64,000 nt of DNA from Amphiscolops sp. MND2022. Its lineage: Eukaryota. Each line of letters begins with the position of its first letter. Position 1 is the first letter of the stretch. Both the position numbers and the translations under genes were made by a program. The stretch lies in NCBI GenBank assembly GCA_964187785.1, contig OZ076409.1, forward strand, positions 73,658,001 to 73,722,000, written 5' to 3'. Of the stretch, positions 55,801-64,000 are shown one piece after another. A model generated the notes under the pieces. It saw only the letters and a program-made list of their open reading frames with translations, did not search any database and was not told where the DNA came from.

Positions 55801-57997
55801 GATAAAAATTGACTGAGTAATAGAAAACTTTGAAAGTGATTTTGACGACATTTCCCGAAAACCTAGTCTATCTCTGCCGTTTTTTGCCCAGATTTTTTTC
55901 CAGGACCTCTCCTAAAGACCTCCCCTGGCCGGTTTAGCCCCCAAAAAAACCATTTGGCCCTTTTGCCGCAGTTTCAGCGTTCCAGGATTCCCCGGGTAAA
56001 AGTAAAATGTCTTAGAATTTTTTCGAAAAATTTTCAAAAATTTTTTTTTTCAACTTCAGGCCTCCCAAAGTCATAGAACTTCCACACAACTAGTATTGCA
56101 AGTGAATGCATGTGGAAAGTGCTTGAATAGACGAGAAAAATGAGCTATTATAAACCTCTGTAGCTTAACCTGACGTTGACTTAAGACAATTTTAGTGTGA
56201 GCTTCCTATGTGAGAAAAAATTTCAAAAATTGAAAATCGAAGCTAAGCCTCATCCAAAACTCATCGGAATACGTTCAATCCATCCCAAAGCGGTTTGTTC
56301 CCAGTTGTAGAGTGCAGCAACACCATTCAAGGTCATTTGGCCCACTTTAATAGGTTTTGACTTTGTCTTATCCATCCGAAAATTCGAAACAGTTAAGTAC
56401 ATTCCATCTCCCCTCCGTGGGAGATGGTAATGTACTCGCAAAAAGCCAAGTACTACCGCCCTATTCTACCCGTAGTGGTGCTAGAAATGCAGTAGCGTGA
56501 GCTCCAGGTTGTTTGCAGTAGCCTTTACGTATGTTGTGATTATGTATTACAATTCTAACTCTGTTACTAAACATTAAAAAATTGTTTCAATCCCAAATTT
56601 TTTTCAACCTTAGTATGTCACCAATAAAGATATATCCATCTTTCCTACTACAACCACCCTACCACCCGGCCCCTCGTATCTTTGTTCAACCGTACACGTC
56701 TAGGTGCCAATCCCCCCCGGGATGCCACAGCTTCGAGGGCGGGGTAGGGCCCCCTGCCCGAGTCCAATACCAACGGCGCTAAACTTCGCGCCAGAAACGT
56801 AAGGCGATATAGGATTCTAGAGGCGATCTCGAAAACGAGCCCCGCGATTTGGCTGAAAATTTGCATACGGCTTCCTCTAGCGATTCTAAGAACTTTTCCC
56901 TACTACCATTTTGCCCGGAAAATTTTTTTTGTTGACTTATAGACAATTTTAGGGTCCAAAATTGGCGTTTTTTTGGAAATTTTTTTTTCAAGAGCCCATA
57001 TCTCGCTCCCAGGTGCTCGGAGCGGGTCGCATGTGGACGTCGATATTGCTAGGCACTTCGTAAGGAGTCCGTAGACAAATTTTCGTACAGATCGGATGAA
57101 AATTGACTTAGTAATAAAAAACTTTGATTTGCATTTTTTCGAAAATTTATGAAATCCCAGTGTATCTCTGCCGTTTTTTGCCCAGATTTTTTTCCAGGAC
57201 CTCTCCTAAAGACCTCCCCTGGCCGGTTTACCTCCCAGAAAAACCATTTGGCCCTTTTGCCGCAGTTTCAGCGTTCCAGGATTCCCCGGGTAAAAGTAAA
57301 ATGTCTTAGAATTTTTTCGAAAAATTTTCAAAATTTTTTTTTTCAACTTCAGGCCTCCCAAAGTCAAGAAACGTCCACACAACTAGTATTGCAAGTGGAT
57401 GCATGTGGAAAGTGCTCGAAAAGACGAGAAAAATGAGCTATTATAAACCTCTGTAGCTTAACCTGACGTTGACTTATGACAATTTTAGTGTGAGCTTGCT
57501 ATGTGAGAAAAAATTTCAAAAATTGAAAATCGAAGCTAAGTCTCATCCAAAACTCATCGGAATACGTTCAATCCATACCAAAGCGGTTTGTTCCCAGTTG
57601 TAGAGTGCAGCAACACCATTCAAGACCTTTTGACCCATTTATATTAGTTTTGACACCGTCTTATCCGTTTGAAAGTTCGAAACAGTTAAGTACATTCCAT
57701 CTCCCCTCCGTGGGAGATGGTAATGTACTCGCAAAAAGCCAAGTACTACCGCCCTATTCTACCCGTAGTGTTGCTAGAAATGTAGTAGCGGGAGCGCCAG
57801 GCTGTTTACAGTAGCCTTTACGGGTGTTGCGACTATGTATTACAAATCTAACTATGTTACTGAACGTGAAAAAAACTGTTTCACTCCAAATTTTTTTTCA
57901 ACTATTTTATGTCATCAATAAAGATATATCCATCCATTTACTACTACCTACCCCATCACCCGCTCCCTCCACTATCTGTTCAACCGTACACGTCTAG

Positions 57998-59403
57998 GTG
58001 GTCGGGTATTTTTTTTTACTCGTAGATGGCGTTTGCGAGGCTTTGGGGAGGGCCCCGTGCCGAGCCTGTACCGAAATTTACCACATACCAGAAGTGTCCG
58101 ATTTAATCGAGATCTCAAAAACTAACCGTTAGAATTCTCTGAAATTTTGCATGTGGCCCCTAATCAATGAGTAATGAAAAAGTGTAGGAGTGACGGTTGC
58201 TGAAAAACTTGTCTTTGTTGCACTTTTTGCGCAATTTTTGTCGCATTGTTGCGTTTTTTATGTCATTTTCAACTTTTCAAGCAAAAAACTCATAGATGCT
58301 TTGTTCCTAGCGTATCAAGTGTGGAGCACGAAAAGTTGCAGCATCTTTGATTACGTATGCTGTGAAAATTTGGTTGCCCTCGGCTCACCCCCCACTGAGA
58401 TAGAGGGGTGCTTCCGGTCTTTTTTGACCCCTAAGTTTGGGAAATTGCTAATTTTCGTAATAAAGCCGTAGATTTAGCGTGTGCACACCCTGCTGAAGAT
58501 TTGTTAGGCATTATGAGATAAATCCGATGACATGCGTTCAGTTCACCCCCATCACCCCCTGGACCGGAAATAAACTTTTTTGTGTCCTTTCAGACCGGAA
58601 GTCTCCATTTTCAACGGTAAGGAGTCCTTGTACGGGCAACTAGCAGGGCATCAAAATTGAAGTACAATGTGGGGTGAGCCTAGTTACCACGTGTTGACCA
58701 GTCATGGGTACCGCCTTGACCGGAAATGGGGTCAAAACCCCCCTATTGGTCGATTTTTTATCAGTTTGACTAGTGTTTGGTCCACATACAAGTCGGGTAA
58801 GTCAATTGAACCAGTGTGAGCATAAACTGCACGTTCACTGCGTAGCCGTAAATGACACTGACAGATACCGGAAGTAACCCCCTGTGACCGGAAGTTGTCA
58901 CTTTTGACCGGAAATGGTCCAAAAAACTGCGTGAAAGCAGTTTTTCATTAGTTTTAGAAGTCATTTTTTTACTTTTTCTACGCTGATTGCTTTTTTCTAC
59001 TCACAAAGGTAACATCGTGCCTCGTTTGGCTAAAGTTCTGAAAAATGATCACCTTTATCACCCCCGATAGCCTTTCAAGTTGACCTTGGGTCAATCTTGA
59101 AGGCTATCTGTTCTGAAAACGAAAAATAGGAAAATTTTGTTTTTTCTTATTTCCCTTGATAATTTCCCTTAATTAATTTTGTTAAGCAAACCCTTTTGTT
59201 CAACTGAATGATCTGAAAAATGTTCAGAGGTGTCACCCTGGCAAGGATTATTTGACGTTGAAGTAAACTGAGAATGAGGGTAGTATTAGACAACATCACA
59301 CACACTTACCAACGCCGACCGTCTGTGGGCATGCCGAGGCATGCCCTTCGACGACGTATGCCAAATCTGCGCCACCCGTACTATTGAGTGCGGTAGCCGC
59401 TAG
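57998..59403 (+). mobile_element. Family-E unit (1406 bp), a distant relative of family C
   Basis: Shares TCACCCCCCACYGAGATAGA, the ACCGGAAGT triplet, the GATAGCCTT...AGGCTATC hairpin and the terminal palindrome with family C. Ends GCCGCTAG. Confidence 0.8.
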
Positions 59404-60687
59404 GTGGTTAAGGGCGTCCCCTTACCTCTGTCGCCGGCGCGGGGAGGGTCCTGTGCCGGCGCCCCTTGTAGAAAATATACGTAAAGGATGGAAAAATATA
59501 AATGCGATTTTTTAAACTAACCGTTGGATTCGGCTAATTTTTTGCATGCAGCCTCCTTGGACCAATATAAGAACAAACTCCTACTGGCGTTTTTCTGGGA
59601 AAATTTTTTTTGTTGACTTATAGACAATTTTAGGGTCAAAAAATGGCCTTTTTTTCAATTTTTTGCATTTTTTCGCTTTTTTTCGCAAAAAAGTGTAACT
59701 TCGTCCACACAACTAGTATTGCAAGTGGCTGCATGCGAAAAGCCAATGAACAGACGAGAAAAATGAGCTATAGAACGCTTGTCTACGACAACCTGACGTT
59801 GACTTATGGTAATTTGAGTAATCGCATTTTTTTGTTTTTGCCTCGAATTTGGTACTTAGTGACCCATATCTCACTACACAGTTGTCTGAGCAAGATCATT
59901 TATTTTAACGTTTTTGTTGTCCATTAATAGTGCAACAACTGATAAGAGGTAAAGTTTTCTGTGAGACAACGTTGAAAAAAGATATTGGTGATTTTACACC
60001 CAGAAAAACGGTGTATTGCGAACTTCAAAATTTTTTTTCAACTTCAGGCCTTCCAAAGTTGAGAAACTTCCACACAACTAGTATTGCAAGTGAATGCATG
60101 TAGAAAGTGCTTGAATAGACGAGAAAAATGAGCTATTATAAAGCTCTGTAGCTTAACCTGACGTTGACTTATGATAATTTTAGTTTCAGCTTGCTATGTG
60201 TGAAAAAATTCAAAAATTGAAAATGGAAGCTAAGTCTCATCCAAAACTCATCGGAATACGTTCAATCCAAGCCAGAGCGGTTTGTTCCCAGTTGTAGAGT
60301 GCAGCAACACCATTCAAGATTATTTGACCCATTTTAATAGGTTTTTGACTCTGTCTTATCCATCCGAAATTTCGAAACAGTTGAGTACATTCCATCTCCC
60401 CTCCGTGGGAGATGGCAATGTACTCGCAAAAAGCCAAGTACTATTCCCCTTTTTATACCTGCACTGGCCCTAGAAATACAGTAGCGTGAGCTCCAGGTGG
60501 TTTGCAGTAGTCTTAACGTGTGTTGTAACTTTGCTACAAATCTAACTATGTTACTAAACATGAAAAAATTGTTTCAATCCAAATTTTTTTCCAATCATTA
60601 TATGTCATCAATATACATATATCCATCCATTTACTACTACCTACCCCATCACCCGCCCCTCGCATCCCTTCATGGTGCAGCCTCTGG
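59404..60687 (+). mobile_element. Rearranged unit G (1284 bp) ending in CTGG
   Basis: C-like 5' hairpin and an A-like right half. The CCACACAACTAGTATTGCAAGTG...ACCTGACGTTGACTTATG block occurs twice (~59705-59808 and ~60069-60173). Confidence 0.75.
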
Positions 60688-61967
60688 GTGCCAAAACCCA
60701 ATGGTTTGCCAAACACTTCGAGGGCGGGGTAGGGCCCCCAGCCCGAGTCAAAAGTCGAAGACAAACAACTTAAGGCGATTGCTGGGATCTCCTATCGATT
60801 TTCTAAACGAGCCATACGATTTGGCTGAAATTTTGCATACGGCTTCCTATAACAATCCTAAGAACTATTTCCTTCTGGCATTTTGCCCGGAAAAATCAAA
60901 AAGTGGGTCAAAATCTTAGTTTTTTGGTCAAAAAATGGCGTTTTTTTGGAAAAAAAATTTTTAAGAGCCAATATCTCGCTCCACAGGCCCCGGATCAAAA
61001 AGTGTACAATTGTTCGCGTGCTAGGCACTTCATGAACTGTCCGTAGACAAATTTTCGTCCAGATCGGATAAAAATTGATTGAGTAATAGAAAACTTTGAA
61101 AGTGATTTTGACGACTTTTTTCGAAAACCTAGTCTATCTCTGCCGTTTTTTGCCCAGATTTTTTTCCAGGACCTCTCCTAAAGGCCTCCCCTGGCCGGTT
61201 TACCTCCCAGAAAAACCATTTGGCCCTTTTGCCGCAGTTTCAGCGTTCCAGGATTCCCCGGGTAAAAGATAAATGACTTAGAATTTTTTCAAAAATTTTT
61301 CAAAAATTTTTTTTCAACTTCAGGCCTCCCAAAGTCAAGAAACGTCCACACAACTAGTATTGCAAGTGAATGCATGTGGAAAGTGCTCGAATAGACGAGA
61401 AAAAAGAGCTATTATAAACCTCTGTAGCTCAACCTGACGTTGACTTATGACAATTTTAGTGTGAGCTTGCTATGTGAGAAAAAATTTCAAAAATTGAAAA
61501 TCGAGCTAAGTCTCATCCAAAACTCATCGGATTACGTTCAATCCACCCTAAAGCGGTTTAATTCCAGTTACTAAGTGCAGCAACACCATTCAAGGTCATT
61601 TAACCCATATTTATAATTTTTGACACCGTCTTATCCATTTGAAAGTTCGAAACAGTTGAGTACATTCCATCTCCCCTACGTGGGAGATGGTAATGTACTC
61701 GCAAAAAGCCAAGGTCCTACCGCCCTATTCTATCCGGCGTTGCATCAGAAATGCAGTAGCATGAGCTCCAGGTTGTTTGCAGTAGCCTTTACGTATGTTT
61801 TGACTATGTATTACAATTCTAACTCTGTTACTAAACATTAAAAAATTGTTTCAATCTCAATTTTTTTTTCAACTTTAGTATGTCACCAATAAACATATAT
61901 CTATCTTTCCTACTACAACCACCCTACCACCCGGCCCCTTGTCCACTGTTCAACCGTGCACGTCTAG

Positions 61968-63238
61968 GTGGCCGCGTCTTTTAGATGGACTTTTAGCCCT
62001 GAGGCGCGGGTAGGGTCCTGCGCCGAGCTGGTGAAAATATACTACGTCCAAATCGCCCGTTCCGGAAACGATCTCAAAACTGGCCCGTACGATTTTCCTG
62101 AAACTTTGCATGTGGCCCCCAATTGGCGAGCAATGAAAAAGTGTAGGAGGTCGTTTATCCCAAATTCCACTGTGAGAGGAGATATATGAAAAAAACGGAC
62201 CCCAAAATGACGAAAATTTCACTTTTTGACCAAAAATGTGACATTATCTCCTCAGACAAGGCTCGGAGCAAAATTTGTCAGAACCCAAACCTGCAGCAGA
62301 CTGTTAGAGCAGTGCACACAGTAAGTTTGAAGGAAATCGGATAATCACATGTTGAGAAATTGACGATTTTCCGACAAATTTTTTTGCATTTGCAGTCTAT
62401 CTCTGCCGTTTTTTGCCCAAAATTTTTTCGAGACCCTCTCCTAAAGACCTCCCCTGGCCGGTTTACCTCCCAAAAGAACCATTTGGCCCTAAATACGAAG
62501 TTTCAGCGTTCTAGCATTCCCCAGTGAAAAGTTATGGGACTTAGAACTTTTTCAAAAATTTTCAAAATTTTTCTAAAAAAGTTCAGGCCGCCCAAAGTGA
62601 AGAAACTTCCACACAACTAGTATTGCAAGTGAATGCATGTGGAAAGCCCTGCACTTGACGAGAAAAATGCCGTTTAGAACGTCTTTTTATCTTATTTTGA
62701 TGTTGACTTATGATCTTTTGAGTAGCGTATAACACGTGATCACAGTAGTGAAAATCCTAATTTTCAAAAATTTTCAAACAATAACGCATGAAAAGAACCT
62801 GGAAAAGGTTCCGATGGGTCAGTTGGGATGTCTGAAGCATGTGTACATTTCCGTAGTGAATAGCGGATGTATTTGAGACTTATTAGAAATTGTGATAAAT
62901 TTTATACAAGTCTTTGTTTCTCTTAGAATCTTATGCAGTTGAGTACATTCCATCTCCCTCTCAGGGGAGATGTGAATGTACGTTTGCCAAATGCCTTGTA
63001 AAGCTCACAATTTTGATGGATTCAAATAACTAAACAAGTGTGATTTGCGTTTGCCGAACCACTGCGACAAAATATCCTAAATCTATAGCGAGATTGTATG
63101 GTTTTTGTCTTTAGTGTTTCGTCTTGTGTAGCCGACTTCCACATCCAAATATCAACGCCCGCCGTCCGTAGGCATGCCGAGGCATGCCTTTCGACGACGT
63201 ATGCCAAATACCCAATGCCACGCTGTCATTATCGCTAG
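61968..63238 (+). mobile_element. Family-F unit (1271 bp)
   Basis: Start GTGGCCGCGTCT, end ATCGCTAG. Central conserved block present; the terminal palindrome variant is AGGCATGCCGAGGCATGCCT. Confidence 0.8.
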
Positions 63239-64000
63239 GTGCCAAAACCCAATGGTTTGCCAAACACTTCGAGGGCGGGGTAGGGCCCCCAGCCCGAGTC
63301 AAAAGTCGAAGACTAACAACTTAAGGCCAATACTAAAACCTCCTATCGATCTTGGAAACGGCCCATACGATTTGGCTCAAAATTTGCATACGGCTTCCTC
63401 TAGCGATTCTAAGAACTAATCCCTACTGCCATTTTGCCCGGAAAATTTTTTTTGTTGACTTATACACTATTTTAGGTGCCGAAAATGGCGTTTTTTTGGA
63501 AAATTTTTTTTTAACAGCCAATATCTCGTTCCACAGGCCCCGGATCAAAAAGTGTACAATTGTTCGCACGTTAGGCACTTCATGAACTGTCCGTAGACAA
63601 ATTTTCGTCCAGATCGAATAAAAATTGACTGAGTAATAGCCGGAATTCTGACGCATTTTGTCGAATTTTTTTGAAACCTCAGTCTATCTCTGCCGTTTTT
63701 TGCCCAGATTTTTTTCCAGGACCTCTCCTAAAGGCCTCCCCTGGCCGGTTTACCTCCCAGAAAAACCATTTGGCCCTTTTGCCGCAGTTTCAGCGTTCCA
63801 GGATTTCTTGAGTAAAAGTAAAATGACTTAGAATTTTTTCGAAAAATTTTCAAAATTTTTTTTTCAACTTCAGGCCTCCCAAAGTCAAGAAACTTCCACA
63901 CAACTAGTATTGCAAGTGAATGCATGTGGAAAGTGCTTGAATAGACGAGAAAATTGAGCTACTATACGACCCTGTAGCTTCACTTGACGTTGACTTATGA

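Larger units (their letters stand above)
42589..64000 (+). repeat. Head-to-tail array of non-autonomous Helitron-like units, right arm (16 complete + 1 partial unit)
   Basis: Junctions end at 42588, 43869, 45149, 46430, 47711, 48987, 50276, 51572, 52861, 54138, 55422, 56703, 57997, 59403, 60687 (CTGG), 61967 and 63238. Orientation and conserved blocks match the left arm. Confidence 0.95.

Noticed and set aside
951..63238. CRISPR array
   Set aside because: The period is ~1.3 kb rather than 60-70 bp, no cas-like genes are present, and the context is eukaryotic. The variable 20-mer is reported separately as a hypothesis.
1..64000. rDNA, 5S, tRNA, snRNA or telomeric tandem array
   Set aside because: No recognisable rRNA, tRNA or snRNA sequence and no simple telomeric repeats. 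The unit ends match the RepHel element instead.

Overview
The window is one uninterrupted head-to-tail array of about 41 related elements: 38 complete short units, 2 partial units at the window edges, and 1 long unit. The 40 junctions read CTAG|GTG, except CTAG|GAG at 4488 and CTGG|GTG at 60687. There is no host DNA and no obvious target-site duplication between units. The short units are non-coding. Most are 1.27-1.30 kb, a divergent group is 1.39-1.41 kb, and one is 972 bp. They fall into a dominant mosaic family (A) and several divergent families (B-G) that are interleaved. The long unit (29112-42588, 13.5 kb) has the same ends and shares its first ~770 bp with family A. It encodes an intact 2375-aa Helitron-type HUH Rep/PIF1 helicase with a C-terminal GIY-YIG nuclease domain, an SGNH/GDSL-like protein, and a Cys-containing protein that may have OB folds. 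Splice-acceptor signals point to a eukaryotic, probably animal, host. The best reading is an autonomous rolling-circle (Helitron-like) element plus a library of size-constrained non-autonomous partners stacked at their own end junction. All families keep covarying 5' hairpins, and family A carries a ~20-nt hypervariable window in a fixed scaffold. Domain calls come from motif recognition by eye, not database searches.
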